From: a bacterium
GTDB taxonomy: Bacteria > Desulfobacterota > DSWW01
Direction: 5' to 3'
Length of the DNA: 64,000 nucleotides
Assembly: GCA_028277985.1 (NCBI GenBank)
Contig: JANQFG010000119.1
Coordinates: forward strand, 3,911-67,910
Part shown: in pieces, positions 1 to 8,040 of the stretch
How the letters are laid out: each line of letters opens with the position of its first letter
How positions within the stretch are numbered: the first letter of the stretch is position 1
Program-made: the position numbers and the translations under genes
The notes under the pieces: generated by a model
Seen by the model: the letters and a program-made list of their open reading frames with translations, nothing else
Told to the model about the DNA's origin: nothing
The model's database searches: none

Positions 1-97
1 CGGCGTGCCCCGACATTCCGTATCCGCGGCAGAAACCCGCACCCCTGCCTGTCATCGGCCCTCGTCCCCAGGGCCCTGTCCCATCGCCTCGTGGCAT
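1..97 (-). CDS. DUF5320-family protein, N-terminal part only (gene runs off the window start)
   Basis: ATG at 97-95 on the minus strand, preceded by an AAGGAGGTG RBS. Translation MPRGDGTGPWGRGPMTGRGAGFCRGYGMSGH matches the conserved MPRGDGTGP..GPMTGRG..C N-terminus I associate with DUF5320 (PF17253). Confidence 0.6.
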   Translation of the reverse strand, partial: MPRGDGTGPWGRGPMTGRGAGFCRGYGMSGHA

Positions 98-111
98 AGC
101 TAACACCTCCT

Positions 112-633
112 TTAAGACCCTCTCTTTCCCATGCCTCTTCCCCCTCCTCCGCCTGCCCCTCTCCCGCGCCCCGTGCCCCTTCCTCCACCACCTCCCGTGC
201 CTCTGCCTCTACCACCTCCCGTTCCCTGACCCATACCGCAGCCGGGTCCGCCTCCGGATATCCCCGAGCCACCCATGCCGGCATGGCTCTTGACGTTCGG
301 TCCGTCGCTCGGAGTCAACTCTCCATTCTTGTACTGGTCCAAAGCCTCCTGCACGGTTCCGCTCACTCCGGTAACGACCTGGACGCCGGCAGCCCTCAGG
401 GTCTCGTAAGCTTTCGGCCCGCAATTGCCCGTGACCACCACGGTGGCACCTCGTTCCGCTATGGTCCTCGCTGTCTGAATTCCTGCTCCGCCTCCCCTCC
501 CCTGGTTCTCGTTTTCGATCGCCTCAAAGGCCATCGTGTCCGTGTCCACAATGAGCAGGAACACACATCGTCCCAGCCTCGGATCCACCGTATCGACAAG
601 GCTCGGCCCGGTGGAGGAAACGGCTATCTTCAT
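112..633 (-). CDS. NifX/NifB-type (dinitrogenase FeMo-cofactor-binding domain, PF02579-like) small protein with a Gly/Arg-rich C-terminal tail
   Basis: Start MKIAVSS at 633 with an AAGGAG RBS; the 897 start in the ORF track is an unsupported upstream extension. Motifs DPRLGRC..FLLIVDTD, GGGAGIQ and VVTGNCGPKAY are typical of this family. The tail is GGGRGRGTGGGGGRGTGRGRGAGGGGGRG. Confidence 0.8.
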   Translation of the reverse strand: MKIAVSSTGPSLVDTVDPRLGRCVFLLIVDTDTMAFEAIENENQGRGGGAGIQTARTIAERGATVVVTGNCGPKAYETLRAAGVQVVTGVSGTVQEALDQYKNGELTPSDGPNVKSHAGMGGSGISGGGPGCGMGQGTGGGRGRGTGGGGGRGTGRGRGAGGGGGRGMGKRGS

Positions 634-680
634 GGCTTCTCCTTTCGAGTACCTCTCTTGCGTGGTGCAGAAAGGTTCGA

Positions 681-695
681 GCAAGAAGCGTGCCG
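681..695 (-). promoter_or_regulatory. Sigma-54 (-24/-12) promoter candidate for the NifX-like gene at 112-633
   Basis: The minus strand reads cGGCAC-GCTTC-TTGC, with GG and GC at the consensus spacing of TGGCAC-N5-TTGC, about 50 nt upstream of the ATG at 633. Confidence 0.55.
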
Positions 696-1013
696 CTCGC
701 GGCATGCAATGAGTAAGTCTCGATCCATGCTCGGAAATCCGTGTTTCCTGGATCGAACAAGGAAGGATCCGCCACGGCTCGGAGTTGCGCCTGCGCTCCA
801 GGAAGCCGCGGACCCGTTGCAATCTGCAGTCAGCCGTACCCCTCGCTTCCGTTGCCGGGGCCCCTCGCTTGCAATCCGGCCTGAGACAGAGCATCATGCA
901 AAATCATCCTCGAACAACGAGAACCCCTAGAAAACTCGTGTAACGTCCGGTGCCTCCCGCACCCATTTGAGTGCAGCAGTTCTGCGCGTGCCTCAAACGA
1001 GGAGGAGAGAAGC

Positions 1014-2519
1014 ATGTCCTGCCGAATCACTCGGTTTCTCGTTCTTACATTTCTTGTCGCCCTGATCGTTCCGGCAACGGACTCCTTTGCAGAGGCCGCA
1101 GCCCCCCTGAGCGAAGCAACGGAAGAGTGTCTGTCCTGTCACAGCCTCTTCAGCCCGGGTGTCACGCTTGACTGGCGGCGAAGCCGGCACGCATCGAACA
1201 CGGTGGAGACTGCCCTGAAGAGAAAGGATAAGGAACGTCGCGTCTCCCTGACTTCCGTGGACGAAGTCGGGGGCATAGCAGGTTATGTGGCGGTAGGGTG
1301 CGCGGAATGTCACACCGCGAACCCGGATTCTCACGAGGATACGTTTCTTCACAACGGCTACAGGGTGCATGTGGTGGTGACGCCTGCCGATTGCGCTCAG
1401 TGCCATCCGGTCGAAGCAAAGCAGTACAAGGCCCAGAACAAGATGGCCCACGCCCACGGCAATCTCCGCAAGAACCCCTTCTACCACTCTCTGGCGGAAA
1501 CGGTGGTCGGCCGCAGGGAGATCGTCGGCGGGACCCTCAAAAGGTCGCCATCCACACTCGCCACACAAATGGACACATGCTACGGCTGTCATGGTACGCA
1601 AGTGAAGATGGTCGGTCTCAAAGAGATCGAGACCGAGATGGACGTAATGAAGGTGCCCGTGCTCGAGGGCTGGCCCAACGTGGGGGTGGGTCGGGTCAAC
1701 CCGGACGGCTCCCTCGGGTCGTGCAGCGCCTGCCATCCTCGCCATGCCTTCTCCATCAAGGTCGCCCGTCAACCCTATGTTTGCAGCCGGTGCCACCTCC
1801 AGCCGGACGTGCCTGCATGGAACGTCTACAAGGAGAGCAAGCACGGGAATCTGTTCAACACCATGAAAGAGTACTGGGACTTTGACGCGGTCCCCTGGCG
1901 GCTGGGCCGCGATTTCCATGCACCCACCTGTGCGACCTGCCACGCCAGCCTTATCGTAGATCCGGAAGGTGCGCTGATCGCTGAAAGGACCCACGGCTAC
2001 GGCGAAAGACTCTGGACGAGGATTTTCGGCCTGATCTACAGTCATCCCCAGCCCATCGACCCGGACACGTCCAAGATCCGAAACAAGGACGGTCAGCCCC
2101 TGCCCACCGCGTTCGATGGAGAGCCGGCCAAGCGTTTCCTGATCAACAAGGCGGTCCAGAGAGAGCGGAAGAAAGCCATGCAGGAGGTCTGTCACGGATG
2201 CCACAGTACCATGTGGGTGGAGAAGCACTTCGAGAAGATGGACGGAACCCTTGCGGACGTGGACAAGCAGGTGCGGGCCGCGACACAGCTGATGGGGCAG
2301 GCCTGGCGGAAAGGGCTCGCATCCAGGAAGAATCTCTTTGACGAACCGATCGAGATCGTCTGGACCGAGCAATGGCTCTTCTTCGCCAATTCGATCCGCT
2401 ACGCATCGGCCATGGCAGGCGCTCCGGACTACGCTTCTTTTCACAACGGGTGGTGGCAAATGCAGAAGGCGATCCAGGAACTCCGCAAAGCGGTTCACAT
2501 GAAGAACGCAGCGCAGTGA
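1014..2519 (+). CDS. Octaheme c-type cytochrome, hydroxylamine-oxidoreductase (HAO) family-like, secreted
   Basis: GAGGAGGAG RBS and an N-terminal signal peptide. Eight CXXCH motifs: CLSCH, CAECH, CAQCH, CYGCH, CSACH, CSRCH, CATCH, CHGCH. The roughly 500 aa size fits HAO-like octaheme proteins. Confidence 0.85.
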   Translation: MSCRITRFLVLTFLVALIVPATDSFAEAAAPLSEATEECLSCHSLFSPGVTLDWRRSRHASNTVETALKRKDKERRVSLTSVDEVGGIAGYVAVGCAECHTANPDSHEDTFLHNGYRVHVVVTPADCAQCHPVEAKQYKAQNKMAHAHGNLRKNPFYHSLAETVVGRREIVGGTLKRSPSTLATQMDTCYGCHGTQVKMVGLKEIETEMDVMKVPVLEGWPNVGVGRVNPDGSLGSCSACHPRHAFSIKVARQPYVCSRCHLQPDVPAWNVYKESKHGNLFNTMKEYWDFDAVPWRLGRDFHAPTCATCHASLIVDPEGALIAERTHGYGERLWTRIFGLIYSHPQPIDPDTSKIRNKDGQPLPTAFDGEPAKRFLINKAVQRERKKAMQEVCHGCHSTMWVEKHFEKMDGTLADVDKQVRAATQLMGQAWRKGLASRKNLFDEPIEIVWTEQWLFFANSIRYASAMAGAPDYASFHNGWWQMQKAIQELRKAVHMKNAAQ

Positions 2520-2582
2520 TTGTCAGGAGATAGAGCCCGTGGCAGAATGTGAGGCTCCCAAAATCAGAGGAGGCGACGCGGC

Positions 2583-3641
2583 ATGATCGGTAATTGGGTG
2601 GACGTGATACGCACGTGCAACCTCGCCCCCGAGAGGAAGATGGATCCGGTCAGCAAGTGGCTGATCATCACGAGGTCATGTGTCTTCTCGATGACCTTCC
2701 TCTCTGCTCTGCTCGGCGGAATGCTCGCGGCTCTGGACGGGTCCTTCCTGTTCGGCCGATGGCTCATCGTCCTCTTCGGTCTGATCCTGGCACACGCGGC
2801 AAACAACATGGTCAATGACCTGTTCGACGTACAGGAGGGGGTCGATACCGGCGACTACCCGCGGGCCGCCTATGCGCCCCACCCGCTTCTGGACGGCCTC
2901 GTGAGCCGAAACGGCCTGATTGCCGCAATCCTCGCCTGCAACCTCATCGATTTCGTTATCGCTGTCTATCTCACTTATCTGTGCGGTTGGCCCGTGATGG
3001 CCTTTGCCGTGGCTGGGCTCCTGATGAGCGTGTTCTACGTGGCGCCTCCGTTGAAGCTGAAGCACAGAGGTCTGGGTGAACTGGCGATCTTCCTCATCTG
3101 GGGACCCCTCATGATCGCGGGGACCTATTACGTCCTGGCCGGGAGCGTCCCTGCCAGTATATGGATCGCCTCGGTTCCTTACGGCCTGGCCGTCACGGTC
3201 GCCTTGATGGGCAAACACCTGGACAAGGCGGACAAGGACGAGGCGAAGGGGGTGAACACCCTGCCCGTGGCCCTGGGCAGAGAAAGGGCCTTGACCACGA
3301 CCCAGCTCATGGTTTGGACTTTCTACCTGGTGACCGTAGGCCTTACGGCCGCCGGGGGCTTTCCCTGGCTTGCGCTTCTCGCGCTCCTTTCTCTTCCGCA
3401 GGCAACGCGCTTCCTCATTACGCTCAACCATCCCATGCCCGCGACCCCTCAGGAAGCCTTCGATCAAGCCGAGGATGTGATCCCGAAGGATCTGAAAGAG
3501 CGTTTCGATCCAACGCTTTCCGCGGATGAGTATCCCCTGTGGCCCCTATGGTATGTGGTCTGGGCGGTCTGGTGGGTCAGGCAGGCGGGCGCATGGCTCG
3601 TGGTTGGGCTCTTCCTGGCAGCTATCATCCGGGCCTTCTAA
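2583..3641 (+). CDS. UbiA-superfamily prenyltransferase, MenA-like
   Basis: Polytopic membrane protein with the motif NNMVNDLFDVQEGVD, matching the ND..D...G.D pattern of MenA/UbiA enzymes. A second Asp-rich region is KHLDKADKD. Confidence 0.8.
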   Translation: MIGNWVDVIRTCNLAPERKMDPVSKWLIITRSCVFSMTFLSALLGGMLAALDGSFLFGRWLIVLFGLILAHAANNMVNDLFDVQEGVDTGDYPRAAYAPHPLLDGLVSRNGLIAAILACNLIDFVIAVYLTYLCGWPVMAFAVAGLLMSVFYVAPPLKLKHRGLGELAIFLIWGPLMIAGTYYVLAGSVPASIWIASVPYGLAVTVALMGKHLDKADKDEAKGVNTLPVALGRERALTTTQLMVWTFYLVTVGLTAAGGFPWLALLALLSLPQATRFLITLNHPMPATPQEAFDQAEDVIPKDLKERFDPTLSADEYPLWPLWYVVWAVWWVRQAGAWLVVGLFLAAIIRAF

Positions 3642-3654
3642 CCCCCCAACAACA

Positions 3655-3753
3655 GGGGTCAGACCTACACATTTGACAAAACCGAAGGTAGAGGATATCG
3701 ACCGCGATGTCCCATGTGCCGAGCAGTTCTGTCAAATGTGTAGGTCTGACCCC
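3655..3753. repeat. Perfect 24-bp inverted repeat (arms 3655-3678 and 3730-3753) with a 51-nt spacer
   Basis: GGGGTCAGACCTACACATTTGACA ... TGTCAAATGTGTAGGTCTGACCCC, read directly. It lies in the intergenic region between the prenyltransferase and the sigma-54 activator gene. Confidence 0.9.
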
Positions 3754-3794
3754 ATAAGGCGCTCTCCCCTCGTGCGATGCAACCCACGCACCCT

Positions 3795-3810
3795 TGGCTT
3801 GCATTTTGCA
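3795..3810 (+). promoter_or_regulatory. Sigma-54-like promoter candidate upstream of the activator gene, overlapping a TTGCA-N3-TGCAA dyad
   Basis: TGGCTT-GCATT-TTGCA has GG and GC at the canonical 12-nt offset, about 40 nt upstream of the ATG at 3850. Confidence 0.4.
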
Positions 3811-3849
3811 ACCGAATCAGGACATCATAGTACGAGAGGGGAGAAGAGC

Positions 3850-5250
3850 ATGGCGCAGAAGAAGAAAGCGGCGGTTACGCAAATAACGAAAAAACCCCCT
3901 GCCCGTGGGGCCGGCTCGCGGGATCCATTCGTCGGGACCATCCTGGACAGCGTTGCGGACGGCGTGTTCACGGTTGACCCGGGGTTTCGCATCACGAGCT
4001 TCAACCGAGCGGCGGAGCGCATCCTCGGGATTCCACGGGAAGAGGCGGTCGGGCAGGAATGTTGCGAGATCTTTCGGGCGGACATCTGTCACCAGGATTG
4101 TGCGCTGAGACAAACCCTGGACACGGGAAGAGAGATCATCGACAAGCCTGTCTCTATTCTGAACAGCCGGGCGAAACGCATTCCCATCAGCGTCTCCACG
4201 GCGGTCCTGAAAGACGACAGGGGAGAAATCATGGGCGGGGTGGAGACCTTCCGTGATCTTTCCGCCATCGAGCTGTTGAAGAAGAAGATCCAGAAGCAGT
4301 ACTCCTACGAAGACATCATCAGCAAGAACCATAGAATCCAGGCGATCTTCAACCTGCTCCCCGACATCGCGGAATCAGATTCGACGATACTCATCGAAGG
4401 GGCAAGCGGAAGCGGCAAGGAGCTGTTTGCAAGAGCCATCCACAACCTGAGCAACCGAAAGAGCCGCCCCTATGTAGTGGTCAACTGCGGGGCCCTGCCG
4501 GACACGCTTCTGGAGAGTGAGCTCTTCGGCTACGTGAAAGGGGCTTTCACAGATGCAAAGCGCGACAAACCGGGCCGGTTCGCCCTTGCAGAGCGGGGAA
4601 CCCTCTTCCTGGACGAGATCGGCGACCTGAGCTTCGCCATGCAGGTGAAACTCCTGCGCGTCCTTCAGGAGAAGGAATACGAACCTCTCGGCGCGACCCA
4701 CACGGTGAAGGCTAACGTCCGGATCCTGGCCGCCACCCATCACGATCTGCTCGAACTGGTCCGAACGGGAGGGTTCCGGGAAGATCTCTACTACCGGCTG
4801 AATGTGGTCAAGATCATTCTCCCCCCCCTTTGCGAACGGAGGGAGGATATCCCGCTGCTCATCGATCACTTCCTGGAGCAGCTCAACGTGCGGATGGGCA
4901 AGAGCATCGCCGGGGTGACCCCTCAGGTCTTGCGCTGCCTGATGGAGTACCCGTTCCCGGGAAACGTGCGAGAGCTCGAGAACGCCATCGAGCACGCCTG
5001 CGTGCTCTGCCGTGGCCGACACATCGAGATCGAGCACCTTCCCCCCGAGATTCGAGAGACCGTGGAGTCGGGAGACCAGGCCTCTGCAACAGCGGAGACC
5101 CTGCCGGTTCTGAGAAGCACAGAGATACAACTCATTCGAAAGACGCTGACCAAACATGACGGGAACCGTCTCGAAGCGGCCAAAGAACTGGGCCTTCACA
5201 AGACCACGCTCTGGCGCAAGATGAAGCGGTACGGCATCACCTATCCGTGA
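3850..5250 (+). CDS. Sigma-54-dependent transcriptional activator (PAS sensor, AAA+ domain, Fis-type HTH)
   Basis: Start MAQKKK with a GAGAGGGGAG RBS. The PAS-like N-terminus includes ILDSVADGVFTVD. AAA+ motifs are GASGSGKE, ESELFGY, the GAFTDA loop and RLNV. The C-terminal HTH is AAKELGLHKTTLWRKMKRYGI. Confidence 0.9.
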   Translation: MAQKKKAAVTQITKKPPARGAGSRDPFVGTILDSVADGVFTVDPGFRITSFNRAAERILGIPREEAVGQECCEIFRADICHQDCALRQTLDTGREIIDKPVSILNSRAKRIPISVSTAVLKDDRGEIMGGVETFRDLSAIELLKKKIQKQYSYEDIISKNHRIQAIFNLLPDIAESDSTILIEGASGSGKELFARAIHNLSNRKSRPYVVVNCGALPDTLLESELFGYVKGAFTDAKRDKPGRFALAERGTLFLDEIGDLSFAMQVKLLRVLQEKEYEPLGATHTVKANVRILAATHHDLLELVRTGGFREDLYYRLNVVKIILPPLCERREDIPLLIDHFLEQLNVRMGKSIAGVTPQVLRCLMEYPFPGNVRELENAIEHACVLCRGRHIEIEHLPPEIRETVESGDQASATAETLPVLRSTEIQLIRKTLTKHDGNRLEAAKELGLHKTTLWRKMKRYGITYP

Positions 5251-5403
5251 TGCGTTCCGGTTGCAAAATGCACTCTATCGAAGAGAAGCCGGCTGCAACC
5301 TGCAACCAACCCTTCCCCACCCTTTCGAAGGCCGGAACGGGTGGCATTGGGTTTTCAATGGGTTATCCGCTTCTTTTTGTTCACACGGCGTAGCGGGCCG
5401 AGT

Positions 5404-5419
5404 CGGCACGAAGCTTGCT
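5404..5419 (+). promoter_or_regulatory. Sigma-54 (-24/-12) promoter candidate for the operon starting at 5450
   Basis: cGGCAC-GAAGC-TTGCt, 30 nt upstream of the ATG at 5450. Confidence 0.6.
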
Positions 5420-5449
5420 CACTCCTTCCCGGACGGGGGTTCACGAATC

Positions 5450-5884
5450 ATGAAGGTGGTCGGCGTCGTTCGGATGGAAAACCGTGTTGCCTACAGGCTG
5501 GACTGTGCCGACACGATCGTGGTGGCCAGAAAAGACCGGAAGGGGATGGTCCGACTCGAGGAAGCGGCTCTCTCCGAACGGGATGCAATCCGACGGGTCC
5601 AACAGATCGCCGACCTCGGGATCGAGACTCTGATTTGTGGTGCAGTGAGCGGTTTCGTGTTTCGCATGTTTCAGCATCACGGCATTCACGTGATCGGAGG
5701 AGTCATCGGCGACGCCCAGGACGTACTCGATCACTACCTCAGCGGCAACCTGCGAGCCGGAGCCATCCTGCACCGGCCGGCCATGAAGGGTTCCGGGGGA
5801 ATCTGCTCGACTCGACAATCATGCAAGCGGAAGAAGATGCGAAACCGAGGTGCAGGAAGAGGGGAACGAAATGGCGGAAAATAG
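5450..5884 (+). CDS. NifX/NifB-type domain protein (divergent) with a basic Gly/Arg/Lys tail
   Basis: Start MKVVGVV; the part of the track ORF upstream of it (5261-5449) holds the promoter. The central motif LICGAVSGF, the size and the context fit PF02579-like proteins. The tail is KRKKMRNRGAGRGERNGGK. Confidence 0.65.
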   Translation: MKVVGVVRMENRVAYRLDCADTIVVARKDRKGMVRLEEAALSERDAIRRVQQIADLGIETLICGAVSGFVFRMFQHHGIHVIGGVIGDAQDVLDHYLSGNLRAGAILHRPAMKGSGGICSTRQSCKRKKMRNRGAGRGERNGGK

Positions 5885-6779
5885 TTGCGACAAGAACTCG
5901 GGCTGCAGTTCCTGCGGTTCGGCTAATGAGTGTGACGAGAAGTCCAAGCAGGAGCACGAGGACCGCCTGCTTCGAGAGACACTGCAGGCGATCCGTCACA
6001 AGGTCTTTGTCCTGAGCGGCAAGGGGGGAGTGGGCAAGAGCACGGTGGCCGTCAACCTGGCCGCCTCCCTCGCAGCCAGAGGCTATGAGACCGGGATTCT
6101 GGACATCGACATTCACGGCCCGAATGTCTCGAAAATGCTGGGCCTCGAAGGATGGAACCTCTCCTCGGGAGGCAAGAAGGACAAGATTTCTCCCTTCCGA
6201 CCCTTCCCGCACCTGAAAGTGATCAGCATGGCCGGTCTTCTTCCGGACAGCGACGCGCCGGTCATCTGGCGGGGCCCCCTGAAGATGGCCGCCATCCGCC
6301 AGTTCCTGCAGGACGTGGACTGGGGCCCCCTGGATTTCCTGATCGTGGACTCGCCTCCCGGGACCGGGGACGAACCCCTGAGCGTTGCGCAGTTGATCCC
6401 GGAGGCGGACGGCGCGGTCATCGTGACGACGCCCCAGGAGGTGGCCCTCCTGGACTCACGGAAGTGCGTGAACTTCGCCAAGAAGCTCAACCTGCCCGTC
6501 CTCGGCATCGTCGAAAACATGAGCGGTATGCGTTGCCCCCATTGTGACGGCCACATCCCCCTGTTCAGTGAAGGCGGCGGCAAGACCGCGGCCGGCGAAC
6601 TCGGCGTGCCGTTCCTGGGTGCCCTGCCGATCGCACCGGACATGCCGGAGCATTGCGACCAGGGCCAGCCCTATGTGCTCGCCGACGAAGAGAACGAACT
6701 GAACCTCGCGTTCAAGGATCTGGTGAACCGGGTCGTGGAGGCGGTGGAGACAGAACAAGCTTGCAGCACCGAGGCTTGA
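5871..6779 (+). CDS. Mrp/NBP35 (ApbC-type) P-loop ATPase, Fe-S cluster carrier family
   Basis: Deviant Walker A motif SGKGGVGKST, a CPHCDG motif and an N-terminal Cys-rich segment CSSCGSANEC. ATG at 5871 with a GAGGGGA RBS. It overlaps the previous gene by 14 nt. Confidence 0.9.
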   Translation: MAENSCDKNSGCSSCGSANECDEKSKQEHEDRLLRETLQAIRHKVFVLSGKGGVGKSTVAVNLAASLAARGYETGILDIDIHGPNVSKMLGLEGWNLSSGGKKDKISPFRPFPHLKVISMAGLLPDSDAPVIWRGPLKMAAIRQFLQDVDWGPLDFLIVDSPPGTGDEPLSVAQLIPEADGAVIVTTPQEVALLDSRKCVNFAKKLNLPVLGIVENMSGMRCPHCDGHIPLFSEGGGKTAAGELGVPFLGALPIAPDMPEHCDQGQPYVLADEENELNLAFKDLVNRVVEAVETEQACSTEA

Positions 6780-6881
6780 GGATAGAATCTCCGACCCGGG
6801 AGGTCGGATCAACCCTCGGAGTGATACCGGACAAGAGAAACCGGTCGAATATCGTTTCGCAAGGAAGGACAACACAGGACC

Positions 6882-7355
6882 GTGAAAGAAGACGACGTCT
6901 ATCGCATGATCGCCACGCAGAAGCCCGGCAAGGACCACCCCCTCGACCCGGCGGAGGGCCCTGTTTCCCCGGAGGTGCAGCGAAGGGCCGTGAACCCTCC
7001 CTGTCTGGGCGACATTCCTGTGCCGGACGGGTATGCCCACGTAACCGGAGACTGCGGAGACTCCATGGAGGTCTTTCTAGGGATCCAGGATCGCCGTATC
7101 CGAGAAGCACGCTTCGACACCTTAGGGTGCGGCTTCACGCTGGCATGCGGAAGCGTGGCCATGGAAAAGGCAGAGGGTAAGACCATTGCAGAGGCGATGC
7201 GGATCGAGGCCGCTGAAATCGCACAGGCCCTCGGGGGTCTTCCCGATACCCACGAGCACTGCGCCGAGCTGGCGGTCGAGACACTCAAGAAGGCGGTCCA
7301 GGACTACCTGTTCCGGGGCAAGGAGCCATGGAAGAAGCTCTACCGAAATCGCTGA
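6882..7355 (+). CDS. NifU N-terminal / IscU-like Fe-S scaffold protein
   Basis: The three scaffold cysteines sit in the expected contexts: GDCGDSMEV, GCGFTLACGS and HCAELA. GTG start at 6882; the alternative is ATG at 6906. Confidence 0.8.
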   Translation: MKEDDVYRMIATQKPGKDHPLDPAEGPVSPEVQRRAVNPPCLGDIPVPDGYAHVTGDCGDSMEVFLGIQDRRIREARFDTLGCGFTLACGSVAMEKAEGKTIAEAMRIEAAEIAQALGGLPDTHEHCAELAVETLKKAVQDYLFRGKEPWKKLYRNR

Positions 7356-7663
7356 GCCCACAAGCCCGAACCGAGGCGAAGATCCGGGAAGCCCTCCGAG
7401 GCATCATCGACCCGGGGACCGGCCTGGACGTGGTCCGAATGGGACTCGTGAAGAACACGCAACTCGAGAAGAAAGACAAAGGCTACAAAGCGACTCTGAC
7501 CTTTCGGCCGAGCTCCCCCGCATGCCCGATGGCCTTCAAGCTGGCCTGGGATTTGAAACAGTGCGCCGCCGGCGTGGACGAGGTCGACACCGTCGAGATC
7601 GAGGTCGAAGGATACAACCGGGCAGCGGAGTTGCAGGCAATCCTGCGCGAAGAGGAGGTATGA
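7328..7663 (+). CDS. DUF59 / MIP18-family (SufT/PaaD-like) Fe-S assembly protein
   Basis: IREALRGIIDPGTGLDVVRMGLV followed by the motif SSPACPM, both typical of PF01883. Confidence 0.8.
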   Translation: MEEALPKSLSPQARTEAKIREALRGIIDPGTGLDVVRMGLVKNTQLEKKDKGYKATLTFRPSSPACPMAFKLAWDLKQCAAGVDEVDTVEIEVEGYNRAAELQAILREEEV

Positions 7664-8022
7664 TGAAAATCGCAATCACGACCCGCGGGGATTCACCGGA
7701 CAGCGAAGTGGACCCGAGGTTTGGCCGGGCCCAGGGCTTTCTCGTCTATGACACGGATAGGGACGCGTACACCCCGGTCTCGAATACGCAGAACCTTCAC
7801 GCCCCGCAGGGCGCCGGGATTCAGGCAGGGCGCATCGTGGCCGACGCCGGTGCCGGGGCGGTGCTCACGGGCAACTGCGGGCCCAAGGCGTTCCGCGTAC
7901 TGAACCAGGCAGGCATCAAGGTGTATGTCAGCGTGACCGGCACGGCCCGCAAGGCCGTTGATGCATACCAGAAAGGCGAACTGAACGAAGCAACCCGTGC
8001 CAATGTCGAAGGACACTGGTGA
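7660..8022 (+). CDS. NifX/NifB-type (PF02579-like) small protein
   Basis: MMKIAITT..VDPRFGRAQGFLVYD..GAGIQAG..LTGNCGPKAF. GAGGAGG RBS. The ATG overlaps the previous stop codon (ATGATG/TGA). Confidence 0.85.
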   Translation: MMKIAITTRGDSPDSEVDPRFGRAQGFLVYDTDRDAYTPVSNTQNLHAPQGAGIQAGRIVADAGAGAVLTGNCGPKAFRVLNQAGIKVYVSVTGTARKAVDAYQKGELNEATRANVEGHW

Positions 8023-8040
8023 CAGAAAAGGAGAGAACCA

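Noticed and set aside
634-897. N-terminal extensions of track ORFs (112-897, and similarly 3526-3849, 5261-5449, 7186-7659, 8288-8416, 52430-53245)
   Set aside because: The extensions lack family homology. They cover promoter or RBS elements or the preceding gene, and internal starts with good RBSs coincide with the known N-termini of the families.
993-2498. 501-aa ORF antisense to the octaheme cytochrome gene
   Set aside because: It mirrors the plus-strand gene almost exactly. It has no recognisable motif and an Arg/Pro/Gly/His-rich composition typical of shadow frames in GC-rich DNA. The plus strand carries eight CXXCH motifs, a signal peptide and a strong RBS.
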